Below, piece by piece: positions 9,104 through 18,896 of a stretch of DNA of 64,000 nt. The DNA is from an uncultured Candidatus Saccharimonadales bacterium (GTDB lineage Bacteria; Patescibacteriota; Saccharimonadia; UBA4664). Position numbers and translations under genes: made by a program. The first letter of the stretch is position 1; each line of letters opens with the position of its first letter. Under the pieces are notes generated by a model. That model was not told the DNA's origin and searched no databases. It saw only the letters and a program-made list of their open reading frames with translations. The stretch covers positions 34,714-98,713 of the forward strand of contig CAYXSN010000003.1 in assembly GCA_964467655.1 (NCBI GenBank). The letters run 5' to 3'.

Positions 9104-10164
9104 AGACCCAAAACAATGCTACCGGCCACCAATAGAGGCGTAAGCATCAACAAAACTGCGGTATTTGGCGAGATACCCCCGAAAACCGATAGCACGTTCC
9201 ACAACGACAACGCAATTATCCCAGCCGCCAAATACGGAAAAGGGCTGCCCTGCTTCAACCGTCGACCAGAGGGCTCAATGAATTGGGCCACCGGCTCAAC
9301 ATCAGCCGCCGGCTTATACGATTGGTTTTGCTTGCCAAATTCCCGCTGCATCATGTTGGCGATACCAAGCATTTCAGTGATTTTGCTCTTTGTCGGCGTA
9401 AGCGCCCCGGGAATATAGGCATAAGCCACGTTATCTACCAGCTCAAAATCACACGCCACTGCGGTAGTCATCATTGCGTGCATGACGTCTGGTGTTAAAA
9501 AGACCAAGGCATCGCGCTCATAGTCCTTGGGTGCATACACTTTGAAGGCTTGGGGGAAATCGCCCTCTAGTTTCAAGTCCTGTTCACGATCAAAACTCGT
9601 CGGGAATGGCTCAAGGGCGTTTTGCTGGTTGTTATGACGATTGTCGCACACAATGTGGGGCACTGGGTTATCGAATCGTACTGCCACCACAGTAAACCGC
9701 CATTCCTGTCTGGAACGGCCCGTTCCTCGACCAACCTTATGATCCCATAGTGCTACATTCCAATCAGACATTTTATCGCGCAAACCATGTTTGACGGCTG
9801 AATCGCCATCGGCAATCCACAGCAAACTCGACTGAGACAAGCCGCCCAAACCTTCACGCTCATACGACCAGCCATTGCGCGCCGCAAATGCTAGGAGTGC
9901 CCCATCCACGTGCTTATCCCAACGAGCCTGAACCAGCAAAGTAGATGCCGCAAACCAACTAACAGCGGCCATCATGACTACAGGCAACCAAGCAGAAACT
10001 TGTGGGAATATGATTCCTGCCACAATAAAAGCCATGCTCAGACCCATTACCCAAATGCCGCGGGTCGTCATGACTGCTTGGACATCTACCAGACCCCAGG
10101 CAAATTGCGGTGACGATTCCGGCAGGTCGGTTAAATCAAGGTCGCGCGCCGATACGTATTTCAT
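9085..10164 (-). CDS. Hypothetical membrane protein (N- and C-terminal transmembrane helices)
   Basis: 359 aa with hydrophobic segments at both ends. Overlaps murE by 4 bp, which suggests an operon. Confidence 0.45.
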   Translation of the reverse strand: MKYVSARDLDLTDLPESSPQFAWGLVDVQAVMTTRGIWVMGLSMAFIVAGIIFPQVSAWLPVVMMAAVSWFAASTLLVQARWDKHVDGALLAFAARNGWSYEREGLGGLSQSSLLWIADGDSAVKHGLRDKMSDWNVALWDHKVGRGTGRSRQEWRFTVVAVRFDNPVPHIVCDNRHNNQQNALEPFPTSFDREQDLKLEGDFPQAFKVYAPKDYERDALVFLTPDVMHAMMTTAVACDFELVDNVAYAYIPGALTPTKSKITEMLGIANMMQREFGKQNQSYKPAADVEPVAQFIEPSGRRLKQGSPFPYLAAGIIALSLWNVLSVFGGISPNTAVLLMLTPLLVAGSIVLGLWWRGR

Positions 10165-11477
10165 TTGGTGGCTGTCAGCCGCTCCCTCACAGCCATCCGG
10201 GCCGTGCCCAACTCATCCCAAGGATGCTCACCATCAGCTCGCTCGATAGTCTTTTCATGCCCCTTGCCCAGGAGCAAAACGGTATCGCCCTTACCTGGTC
10301 TGGTCTGAGCAATCGCAAAAGCAATTGCCTCGGTCCTGTCATGCACCAAATACAAATCTTGGTCACGTAGCTTGCCAGCATTCTCGGCGCCGCCAGCTAT
10401 CTGATCCATAATCTCTTGTCCGTCCACATCACGATCATCTTCTTCAGTTACCACCACCACGTCAGCCCATTTGCCAGCAATCGCCCCTTGCTTAGCCCGT
10501 TTACTCACGTCGCGACGCCCCGCTGAACCAAACATCACAATGAGCCTGCCCTGTGTGAGTTCCCTCATACTGGCTAAGATTTTATCAAAACTATCTGGTG
10601 TATGAGCAAAGTCAACAATCACGGCAAAGTCTTGCCCTTCATCTATCTGGTTCATGCGACCCTCAACGGTTTTCAGAGCGCCAATACCGTGAACAATCTG
10701 CTCTGCCGACAATCCGAGGTTCTGGCCGACCGCCGCCGCCGCCAGCGAATTCAAAACATTAAATGACCCTGGCAAATGAACATGCACCGTTACCAACCGG
10801 CCGTCCAGCTTCACCCGATAGGTGCTGCCAGCGGCGCCGCTCCTGACATCACGGGCTCGCAGATCGGCACTAGCCGCCGCAATACCGTACGTTACTGGCC
10901 GCACACCTGTCGCCATACAGTACGGTGCGCTCGAATCATCAGCGTTAATAATACCCACTTTGAGCCCGCGTCCAGTGGCCACCTGGCGAAACAGCAACAG
11001 CTTAGCTTCACGGTACCGCTCATAGGTACCATGATAATCAAGATGCTCATGAGTGATATTCGTCACAACCGCCACACTGTAAGGGATTCCCCATACCCGG
11101 TGTTGAGCCAAGGCATGGCTCGTAGTCTCAAGAACCAACCACTCAATGCCCTGACGACGTAGCTCTCGAATGCGCTCAAGCATAGGCTTGGTCTGCATAG
11201 TAGTCATGTGCACGTGGTTGTCGCGCCATGCTCCAGGCACACCGTAGCCGATGGTTGTCATCAAGCCAGTCTTGATGCCGGCGTCATTGAGCATGGTATA
11301 GATCATGGTACTCGTAGTGGTTTTTCCATCGGTACCAGTCACACCAATCACCTTCAAACCACGTGCCGGAAAACCCAGTAGTACATTCCAGAAAACAGCC
11401 TCAAGCAAATGACCGGTCGGCTCAATCGCGCGAAACACGCCCACAGGGATAATAAGCTTTACCAATTTTCGTAGCAT
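10161..11477 (-). CDS. murE: UDP-N-acetylmuramoyl-L-alanyl-D-glutamate--diamino-acid ligase (MurE-type Mur ligase)
   Basis: P-loop GVTGTDGKTTT, HMTT motif, and C-terminal GKGHEKTIE region typical of MurE. At 438 aa it is somewhat short at the N-terminus. Confidence 0.78.
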   Translation of the reverse strand: MLRKLVKLIIPVGVFRAIEPTGHLLEAVFWNVLLGFPARGLKVIGVTGTDGKTTTSTMIYTMLNDAGIKTGLMTTIGYGVPGAWRDNHVHMTTMQTKPMLERIRELRRQGIEWLVLETTSHALAQHRVWGIPYSVAVVTNITHEHLDYHGTYERYREAKLLLFRQVATGRGLKVGIINADDSSAPYCMATGVRPVTYGIAAASADLRARDVRSGAAGSTYRVKLDGRLVTVHVHLPGSFNVLNSLAAAAVGQNLGLSAEQIVHGIGALKTVEGRMNQIDEGQDFAVIVDFAHTPDSFDKILASMRELTQGRLIVMFGSAGRRDVSKRAKQGAIAGKWADVVVVTEEDDRDVDGQEIMDQIAGGAENAGKLRDQDLYLVHDRTEAIAFAIAQTRPGKGDTVLLLGKGHEKTIERADGEHPWDELGTARMAVRERLTATK

Positions 11478-11495
11478 TAGCTGTAGAATAGCATT

Positions 11496-11906
11496 ATGAC
11501 AACACCTCAGGCCAGCGTCATATTACTCAGGCCGGACGGCGCCCTTATCTTGCAACTCGACCCCCACGCTTCCGACTATTCATCAGAGTTTCCGCTCGCA
11601 CATCCGTTTCAGCTCGAACTCTGGCCAACCGAAACCCCGGTGCAAGCTGCCGCCCGTAGTCTCCTCCAGCACACCAACCTTGATCACGACCCTGCCCAAC
11701 TCATTTACTGGCGCACCTACAGCCCGGTGCACTTGTTTATCAGACGCCTCGAACATCCGCGAAGCTTACGGCTACACCGACGGGCCCAAGCCGTTACCGT
11801 CCACGGACCCCGCGACCTCGGCCGTCTCAATGTCGACGGCCTCACCCGCCGAGCAATTAGCGATTATTGGCTCGGGTTGCCGTCAGTACAAAAAGCGCTC
11901 GCGTGA
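11496..11906 (+). CDS. Hypothetical protein (136 aa)
   Basis: Open frame only. No motif recognised. Its 3' end overlaps the femAB stop region. Confidence 0.3.
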   Translation: MTTPQASVILLRPDGALILQLDPHASDYSSEFPLAHPFQLELWPTETPVQAAARSLLQHTNLDHDPAQLIYWRTYSPVHLFIRRLEHPRSLRLHRRAQAVTVHGPRDLGRLNVDGLTRRAISDYWLGLPSVQKALA

Positions 11907-12950
11907 CCGAACGGCTAACCGCGCCGCCACCCGCTCACCTATTTTGCGCCAAGCCTTGTACGCCAACCCGCCAGCCAATGGCAAATCATAGCAACCGGCA
12001 AACTCAGTGATGTCAGGGTTGAACTTACTCTTAAAGGTATACAACCCGTCTTTGGGATCACCGGTACCCACCTTATCACGATTGGGCGAACCCAAAAGAT
12101 CATACTGGACAATCCCCCGCTCCAGACACCAGCGCATCACTTCCCACTGCACGAGATACGGAGCTTGCAGCTCGCGCTTGATATCAAATGACCCGCCGTC
12201 TTTGTACCAGCCGCGCTGACCTAAGTAGGTCAGAAACAGGCCCGCCAACACATCCCCGTCATGCCGTGCCAAAAACAATTGAGCTTGCCCGACCTCGGTT
12301 TGCGCCTTCCAGTAATCAGTAAAATAATCCTGCGGCCGCAAACCATATTTGGCTCTGGCTTCAGTAGCTTTCATGAGTTCGAACATGGCCTGTAGGTTAT
12401 CGGCAGTCGGTTCAACAGCTTCAACCACCACCCCACCGGCCTGAGCCTTTCTGATGTTACGGCGGGCACTCTGGCTAAAGCTGGCCAGCATTGCCTCTTC
12501 ACCGGCACTCAGATCCACGAAGATCGTTGCTTTGCTGGCCGGGTCACGATTTGCCCGCACCAACCCAGCCTTCGTGAGGGCCGCCGGCTTCACATCATCA
12601 GCCAGCACCTCAGGCTCAAATCGGGCAAAAATGCCCGAAAGCAGGCCAGCTTTACGCGTCTGTTTCACAACCTCAAGATAATCAACCGGCGTGACAATCC
12701 CCGGCCCCTTGGGACAGTACCAGATGGTTCCGACAGCCGGAATCGTCCGCTTCAACCACTGGGCCACCACCAACCGGCCGCCTGGCAGCTCATACACAAA
12801 CCGCTCAGGCCACCAACCCCAGCGAGCTTTAAACTCACCCCAGGTTTTGGTCTGCAACGAATTGCCGCCATCGGGGTTAGCCGCCACCAGCTCATCCCAG
12901 CGGGCCAGTTCATCTTCGGTTGCGTGTCGCATTGCCATAACTTTACCCAT
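11883..12950 (-). CDS. FemAB-family peptidoglycan interpeptide-bridge aminoacyltransferase (paralog 1)
   Basis: 355 aa. Collinear FemX/FemA-like features (HATEDELARWDELV, WYCPKGP, GAT-fold C-terminus, YDLLG). Confidence 0.7.
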   Translation of the reverse strand: MGKVMAMRHATEDELARWDELVAANPDGGNSLQTKTWGEFKARWGWWPERFVYELPGGRLVVAQWLKRTIPAVGTIWYCPKGPGIVTPVDYLEVVKQTRKAGLLSGIFARFEPEVLADDVKPAALTKAGLVRANRDPASKATIFVDLSAGEEAMLASFSQSARRNIRKAQAGGVVVEAVEPTADNLQAMFELMKATEARAKYGLRPQDYFTDYWKAQTEVGQAQLFLARHDGDVLAGLFLTYLGQRGWYKDGGSFDIKRELQAPYLVQWEVMRWCLERGIVQYDLLGSPNRDKVGTGDPKDGLYTFKSKFNPDITEFAGCYDLPLAGGLAYKAWRKIGERVAARLAVRSRERFLY

Positions 12951-12956
12951 TGTATC

Positions 12957-13319
12957 CTACCTGACGATCGGATTGTGCAACTTCAATCCCCGAATACCTT
13001 CAAAGTCGGTAGTGTTAGCCGTCCACAGCTCAATCCCCTCCACCAACGCCGTCGCCGCAATAATGGCATCTCCTAAGCCGATGTTCCTTATCTGGCGCAG
13101 TACAACAGCCTGATCAATAACAGCATCGGTCAAAGGGAATAGCCGGGCTTCATTCATGAGCGCCAAAATAATATATTGCTCCTGAACCAAGATTTTGTGG
13201 TAACCCAATGTTTCAATTTTAGTAATGCTTGCAAATCCGATGTCAACACCTGCCACACTCGATCGATCTAAGCTTCGGTTAGCCAGGTATATCAAGATAT
13301 TGGAGTCAAGGATCACCAT
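12957..13319 (-). CDS. vapC: PIN-domain ribonuclease toxin VapC
   Basis: Conserved acidic residues: D5 (ILDSNILIY), DAIIAATAL and NTTDFE, giving the classic VapC quartet. 120 aa. Confidence 0.8.
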   Translation of the reverse strand: MVILDSNILIYLANRSLDRSSVAGVDIGFASITKIETLGYHKILVQEQYIILALMNEARLFPLTDAVIDQAVVLRQIRNIGLGDAIIAATALVEGIELWTANTTDFEGIRGLKLHNPIVR

Positions 13320-13330
13320 TGGCTAAGTCA

Positions 13331-13603
13331 CTAATCCCGCCCTGGTAGTGGTCGGTCTTGGCGCATTTCTCGTTGCCACGCTATTGGATCCTTTATGTTT
13401 TTCAAGCCCCCAGGCCGTTCGATAGTCTGGAGTTCCTCCAAGAGTGACTGAATCTTCACCCGATCTTGCGGCCGGTTTGGTGTCGGTAAAGCAATGGCGG
13501 TTTTTTCACCAAGATTAAGCCGACCATCGACCACATATGCCTTGGGAACCCTTAGCGCATACGAGTTACCTGTCTTAATAACGGTAACAATATACTTACT
13601 CAT
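13331..13603 (-). CDS. vapB: AbrB/MazE/SpoVT-type antitoxin VapB
   Basis: MSKYIVTVIKTGNSYALRVPKAY swapped-hairpin motif. Start trimmed to the internal Met at 13603. Lies 11 bp upstream of vapC. Confidence 0.7.
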   Translation of the reverse strand: MSKYIVTVIKTGNSYALRVPKAYVVDGRLNLGEKTAIALPTPNRPQDRVKIQSLLEELQTIERPGGLKNIKDPIAWQREMRQDRPLPGRD

Positions 13604-13650
13604 TGTAAGTACAATTGTATACACATTACCACTAATGTACAATATCATTC

Positions 13651-14466
13651 ATGAAACTCTACTCCTGGAACGTAAACGGCATTCGGGCCGTCATCCGCAA
13701 AGACCTTTTCCACCCCTTCCTTGAAGCCGAGCAACCGGATATTTTGTGCATCCAGGAAACCAAAGCTCAACCCGACGAAATCGTTACCAACGCCGACGGC
13801 TACCACACATACATCAACTCAGCCGAGCGCAAAGGCTACTCCGGCACAGCCATCCTGTCTAAGACTGCGGCGCTCAAAACCAACCCGGGTCTGCCAGAAG
13901 CCATCAAAGCCAAGTACAACATGACCGACGACGCCTACGGCGACCCCAACACCGAGGGCCGTGTCCTCACCGCCAAGTTCGAGCATTTCTACGTGGTAAC
14001 CGTCTACACGCCTAACGCCAAAGATGACCTCTCTCGCATCCCCTTGCGTGAGAAGCACTGGGACCCAGCCTTCCTGGAGTATTGCCAAGGCCTGGAAACC
14101 GGCGCCTTCGGCAACGAGCCCAAGCCGGTCATTTTCTGCGGCGATCTCAATGTGGCCCACACCCCCGACGACCTCGCCCGTCCCAAACCCAACGTGGGCA
14201 AAAAAGGCTACACCGCCGAGGAGCGAGCCGGGTTCCAGGCCTTCATTGACGCCGGTTTTATCGACACGTTCCGCCTCTTCCACCAAGGCAACGGCTTTTA
14301 CACCTGGTGGTCGCACTTTGGCGGCGCCCGGGCCAACAACGTCGGCTGGCGCATCGACTACTTCCTGATATCGGCCGCCCTCAAAGACAAAGTCAAAGCC
14401 GCCGACATCCACCCGGCCATTATGGGCTCCGACCATTGCCCCATCAGCCTGGAACTAGACCTCTAA
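13651..14466 (+). CDS. xth: Exodeoxyribonuclease III (AP endonuclease)
   Basis: YSWNVNGIRA hallmark, catalytic DILCIQETK, and C-terminal GSDHCP motif. Confidence 0.92.
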   Translation: MKLYSWNVNGIRAVIRKDLFHPFLEAEQPDILCIQETKAQPDEIVTNADGYHTYINSAERKGYSGTAILSKTAALKTNPGLPEAIKAKYNMTDDAYGDPNTEGRVLTAKFEHFYVVTVYTPNAKDDLSRIPLREKHWDPAFLEYCQGLETGAFGNEPKPVIFCGDLNVAHTPDDLARPKPNVGKKGYTAEERAGFQAFIDAGFIDTFRLFHQGNGFYTWWSHFGGARANNVGWRIDYFLISAALKDKVKAADIHPAIMGSDHCPISLELDL

Positions 14467-14940
14467 AACCCAATCTGGTATAACGAAACGGGACTACAAC
14501 CCGGTAATTGAAATACACCCGTGATCGCCCCGCCCGCGCAGTCATTGACAACGCTACCAAGGAGCTGATCATCAAATGACCCCTTCTTCTACTACCACCT
14601 CCGCCGGTCTGGCCGAGATCCTCACTCAGTCATTCCGCATGAAGCGGCTGCAGGATCTAGCAGATGCCGCAATCATGGATGTACTTACTGCCGTCAGGCC
14701 AACTCGTCGAAGGGCGACAGTTCCAGATTGCCCAATACCTGGTAGGCGGTAAATACCCATTGGCCGAGCGCCTCATCGTCGCGAGCGCGATTGTTGCGCT
14801 GCGCTCAGAGGATCATAGCCACAGAATGTCCTGCGGAGTAGCCAAGTTACTCCTCGCATGTCACGGCGTCACCTCGTCCTGACCTCCACAACCACAAGCC
14901 CCGTTCCGCCAGTTTGGAACGGAGCACAATTTATCAGCGC

Positions 14941-15924
14941 TTAGTGTCGGCCTTTGAGCAACCGCCCAGCGCGCTTAATGACTGGCCACGCCCCTTCCCA
15001 AGCAGCATATAGCACAGGCTGCAACGGCCGGTCCCAGGTGCCCACCCAGTCAACTTCCTGAGGTCCAAAACCCTCCTTGAATTGGCTAACGCCTTCGCTC
15101 ACTCGACCATTAAAATCGTACATCTTGAAACCAGCCTCTTGAGCATCGGTAATAGCCTGCCATTTCAGGGCATAATTGGCCTTCATTTTCTGCCCGATCG
15201 CATTCACACCGCCGTACAGCTCAAAGGCCGTCGATCCTGCCGCCGCCAACCACAAGAATGCTACCGGCTGATTCTCAAACCGCGCCTCATACAGCCAGCT
15301 AGCCTCTCCCAGCGAGCGGCTCAGTCTCAGATAATAATCACGTGAATGGATACCAAAACCAGCCCTGGCCGCGGTCTCAGAGTACAACTGGTACATATCA
15401 CCAACCACTCCCGGTTCTAGTCGCCGGATGACCACTCCATCGCGCACAGCTTTGCCCGAATACTGACGATGTTTGCGGCTCATAGCAGCCAACAGCTCAT
15501 CTCTCGGACGCGTCAGATCAATCACATACGTTTGCCGCATTTGTAGTTGATACTGAGCCCGCTTCCAGCCCGGCCAATCCAAAGTCTCTAGCTGCCAAGC
15601 CGGCTCAATGCGCACATACAGAGCACCCTGAGCTTTAGCCCAATCAGCCACAGCCTCCATCAGCTGCCGAGCAAGCGCCGATCCGGGTTCGGTCACAGGA
15701 CCACGAGGCACATACGCCACAGACCATCGCGTCTTGGGAACTGACCACAACAGCACCTGAGCACCGGCTCGCCACAGGTCGCCATCCACAAGTGCCAACC
15801 GCACCGGCCTCCAATTCGGCCGCTTAGCCTCGCCCCAACCCCATAATTGCAAAGGATGGCCGCCAGGATGAGTATTCACATAGTCATTCCAAGCCACCTC
15901 ATCGGTAATCTCAAGCAGGTTCAT
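14941..15924 (-). CDS. FemAB-family peptidoglycan interpeptide-bridge aminoacyltransferase (paralog 2)
   Basis: 327 aa. FemAB-like layout (WNDYVNTHPGGHPLQLWGW...YVPRGP... C-terminal GAT fold) and paralogous to 11883-12950. Confidence 0.7.
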   Translation of the reverse strand: MNLLEITDEVAWNDYVNTHPGGHPLQLWGWGEAKRPNWRPVRLALVDGDLWRAGAQVLLWSVPKTRWSVAYVPRGPVTEPGSALARQLMEAVADWAKAQGALYVRIEPAWQLETLDWPGWKRAQYQLQMRQTYVIDLTRPRDELLAAMSRKHRQYSGKAVRDGVVIRRLEPGVVGDMYQLYSETAARAGFGIHSRDYYLRLSRSLGEASWLYEARFENQPVAFLWLAAAGSTAFELYGGVNAIGQKMKANYALKWQAITDAQEAGFKMYDFNGRVSEGVSQFKEGFGPQEVDWVGTWDRPLQPVLYAAWEGAWPVIKRAGRLLKGRH

Positions 15925-16020
15925 AAAGCAATTGTACCACCTAGACTTTGACAGACGTGCCCAGTAGCCGTACCATAATCCAACGATTTTACGCCCCCTT
16001 CAACCGAGAGGCTGATTGCC

Positions 16021-16470
16021 ATGGCAGACTCGAGCACCCTCACAACCAGATCCACAAGCGTCAAGCAAGTCATGACTGCCCTCAAGCAGCCACAGCCAGA
16101 GTTCGAAAGCATCCAACAGATACTACAAGACCTAGCGCGCATGCTCCAAGACGATCTGCTTCGTCCCAGTGAAGCCATCTGGATCATACGACAGTTAGCC
16201 CGCATATCGCACGAGCAAGCCACCCATCGCCTGGATATAGCCAGGCTGACTTACGAAATGGCCGACCATCTCATTCGTCAGGCCGCCGAGCTTCACCCTA
16301 GCGCCAACCGTGGCCTACGTCGACTCATTCGCGGCAGCGTTGTAGTGTGTGGCCAACACACACCCTTTGCTGCCATCCAGGTCCGCTACTCACTAGTCGG
16401 CCTCGGGCAAGTTCAAATCAGCGCCATCGAATTGAAATTCCGACCACGCCAACTCTTTAGCGTCTCCTAA
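16021..16470 (+). CDS. Hypothetical protein (149 aa)
   Basis: Open frame diverging from femAB. No motif. Forms a tight pair with the next ORF (16-bp gap). Confidence 0.35.
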   Translation: MADSSTLTTRSTSVKQVMTALKQPQPEFESIQQILQDLARMLQDDLLRPSEAIWIIRQLARISHEQATHRLDIARLTYEMADHLIRQAAELHPSANRGLRRLIRGSVVVCGQHTPFAAIQVRYSLVGLGQVQISAIELKFRPRQLFSVS

Positions 16471-16485
16471 ACAGAAAGGCATATC

Positions 16486-16998
16486 GTGACGAGCAAATCT
16501 TACCCAAGCGCCCTGCAACTTGCCACCTCAGACCTACTAGCCACTGCCACACCAGACCAGCTGGCTGGCATCATGAGAGCAGGCCTCAACAATCACAAGC
16601 GCGGCCAAACCAGCACCCTGGAGTATTACGACCACCTGGCTTGCAACATCGTAGCCCGGCACACCGAGGTCAGGCTGGTCACTGCAGTCGGGATAGCACT
16701 CGACTACCTCAGTCTCAGGCTGAGTAGCAGGGGTGAAGCATCATCGAGCGTACCGTACTGCCGAGACATTCAGCGCAGGCTCATGCTAGCAATCGCCATC
16801 CTCAACATCGAGGCCGAAAACATCGGCAACCTACCCGTCTACCAGGATGCCGTCAACTGGGTGATTGGACGCCTCACGACCTCAACAGTGGGGGCGAAAC
16901 GCAAACGGGCGATCGCCCGAGCCGTCCACAAAACGCCATGCACCGACGCTGCTTTACGTAACTGCGTGGGCCTGGTGCTCGATCCTCGCCCCATCTGA
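16486..16998 (+). CDS. Hypothetical protein (170 aa)
   Basis: Open frame only. No motif recognised. Confidence 0.35.
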   Translation: MTSKSYPSALQLATSDLLATATPDQLAGIMRAGLNNHKRGQTSTLEYYDHLACNIVARHTEVRLVTAVGIALDYLSLRLSSRGEASSSVPYCRDIQRRLMLAIAILNIEAENIGNLPVYQDAVNWVIGRLTTSTVGAKRKRAIARAVHKTPCTDAALRNCVGLVLDPRPI

Positions 16999-17092
16999 GA
17001 CCAACCCGCCCCCGGATATGCTATCACAGCAAAGATAGTGTATCCGGGGGCTCTTCGTTTTTCGGCGAGCTTACGCTATACTAGCCCACGTT

Positions 17093-18136
17093 ATGCTCAT
17101 CCTCGGAATCGAAACCTCCTGCGACGAAACCGCTGCCGCTGTTGTCAAAAACGGCCGGGAGGTCTTGTCCAATGTCGTCGCCTCCCAGATTGATATCCAC
17201 CAAGCCTACGGTGGTGTAGTGCCAGAAGTGGCCGCCCGCAGCCATATCGAGATTATCCTGCCCGTTATCCACGAGGCGCTCGAAACCGCCAATGTCAGCT
17301 GGGACGACATCGACGGCATCGCCGTCACCCAAGGCCCAGGACTCCTCGGCAGCCTGCTCATTGGCACCCTCACTGCCCGCACCCTGGCCATCGCCCACAA
17401 TAAGCCGCTCTACGCCGTCAATCACGTAGTAGCCCATACGTTTGCCAACGCACTTATACCCGATACTGACGGCTTTGAGGCCGATGTCTTTCCGATGCTG
17501 GCACTCAGCGTATCTGGAGGTCATTCTCATATGCTCATCTTCAAATCGCCATTGGAGTACCAGTTGATCGGTCGTACCCGCGACGACGCCGCCGGTGAGG
17601 CCTTCGACAAAGTCGCCAAAATCCTCGGCCTCCCCTACCCCGGCGGTCCAGCTATCGACAAGCTCGCCCCCGAAGGCAACGACCAAACCTATGCCCTACC
17701 CATATCTAAGCTCGACGGATCGCTTGATTTTAGCTTTAGCGGGCTCAAAACGGCCGTACTGCGAACCATGCAATCTGAGGTTGGCGGCGATTTCCGCACC
17801 CCCTCAACCGATCTACCCAAGCTACTCACCGAAGATCAGGTAAAAAATATGGCCGCCTCGTTCCAATACACAGCCTACAAAACCCTTACCCGCCAGCTCA
17901 AGCGCGCCTACGACCAGTATCAGCCAAAATCGGTGGTGATCGCCGGTGGCGTGGCTGCCAGCCGCCGCCTGAGGGCCATGGTATCGGAGGTTATCCCGCT
18001 CGAAATGAATTATGCCCCCATGGCCTACTGCACCGACAACGGTGCCATGATCGCCGCCATGGGCTACTACCTCGCCAAAGCCGGCCGTACTACCGATCCA
18101 CTAACCCTCCAAACCGACCCCAATCTGGCTATCTAA
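17093..18136 (+). CDS. tsaD: tRNA N6-adenosine threonylcarbamoyltransferase TsaD (Kae1/Gcp family)
   Basis: MLILGIETSCDETAAAVV and the metal-binding HxxAH motif (NHVVAH). Full-length at 347 aa. Confidence 0.92.
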   Translation: MLILGIETSCDETAAAVVKNGREVLSNVVASQIDIHQAYGGVVPEVAARSHIEIILPVIHEALETANVSWDDIDGIAVTQGPGLLGSLLIGTLTARTLAIAHNKPLYAVNHVVAHTFANALIPDTDGFEADVFPMLALSVSGGHSHMLIFKSPLEYQLIGRTRDDAAGEAFDKVAKILGLPYPGGPAIDKLAPEGNDQTYALPISKLDGSLDFSFSGLKTAVLRTMQSEVGGDFRTPSTDLPKLLTEDQVKNMAASFQYTAYKTLTRQLKRAYDQYQPKSVVIAGGVAASRRLRAMVSEVIPLEMNYAPMAYCTDNGAMIAAMGYYLAKAGRTTDPLTLQTDPNLAI

Positions 18137-18164
18137 GTTATAAACTGTCCCAAAAACGGCTCAG

Positions 18165-18191
18165 CCCCGCTCGTCGATGACGAGCGGGGCG
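18165..18191. terminator. GC hairpin between the convergent tsaD and the 18214-18873 ORF
   Basis: gccccgctcgt-gatg-acgagcggggc forms a perfect 11-bp stem. The tail is only weakly T-rich. Confidence 0.45.
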
Positions 18192-18213
18192 TTGCCTTGT
18201 TGCGAAGCGATCA

Positions 18214-18873
18214 TCAGACGGTCGTTGCAGGAACAGGCCGGCCGAGCAACCGGCTCAGGATCGCCTTGGCGTCGGCAACGCCACCAGCTTCGAGGGCCCG
18301 AAGTGCCTCCTGGGCATCCGCACAGCTAGCGGCAACGAGCTGATGGAGCTCTTCGAGCTGCTCGAGAGCGGCGCTGTACTTGGCCTCCAGCGTCCACTGG
18401 CCGACCCCAGACATGCCAGGCCGCCAGCGCACAATGTGGCCGTGGCTGTGAAAGACCGTGCGGCCCATCTCGCAACCATGCAGGTAGTACCACATCAGCG
18501 GCGGCCAAGCAGACGCATCGGAACCGAAGAGGAACTCGAGGAACTCGAGCTCGGTCTTCTCCCAGTCGCGCGGCAGATCTCCTCGCAGAGCATCGCAGTC
18601 CCACGGGACCATCAACCAATGACCATCGTCGGGTACAAGTTGACCTTCAACGAACGACGCAGCCTGTATCAGGTAGCCGGTCGGGGTCTGATGCAGAATC
18701 TCACCGGCCAACACACTGCCATCGGTGGTCTCGTCGAACCGGCAGTTGTCCGGTCGCGCCGGCATCGTTGCTGAGGCCAGCAGTGTTTCATCCGACCCGT
18801 ACAGACCCGGGTGAACCTTAGCAGACATCACGTCTCCAGCGCTCATGTTACGCACTTCGCAACAGGCTGCCAT
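18214..18873 (-). CDS. Hypothetical protein with a HIT-like His triad (HSHGHIV)
   Basis: 219-aa ORF in a GC-rich stretch. An HxHxHxx motif is present but flanked by small residues. Competing antisense ORFs exist, so this is a weak call. Confidence 0.35.
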   Translation of the reverse strand: MAACCEVRNMSAGDVMSAKVHPGLYGSDETLLASATMPARPDNCRFDETTDGSVLAGEILHQTPTGYLIQAASFVEGQLVPDDGHWLMVPWDCDALRGDLPRDWEKTELEFLEFLFGSDASAWPPLMWYYLHGCEMGRTVFHSHGHIVRWRPGMSGVGQWTLEAKYSAALEQLEELHQLVAASCADAQEALRALEAGGVADAKAILSRLLGRPVPATTV

Positions 18874-18896
18874 ACAATACCAGATTTCGAGAGTTT

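Noticed and set aside
15921-16223. 100-aa minus-strand Cys-rich ORF overlapping the start of 16021-16470
   Set aside because: It sits in the divergent promoter region of femAB and overlaps a better plus-strand ORF. Its composition (C, M, R, S) is typical of a spurious frame.
18255-18774. Overlapping ORFs 18255-18479(-), 18326-18619(-) and 18343-18774(+) in the GC-rich block
   Set aside because: They are mutually overlapping frames in a high-GC stretch. Only the longest (18214-18873, HxHxH motif) was kept, and that too with low confidence.
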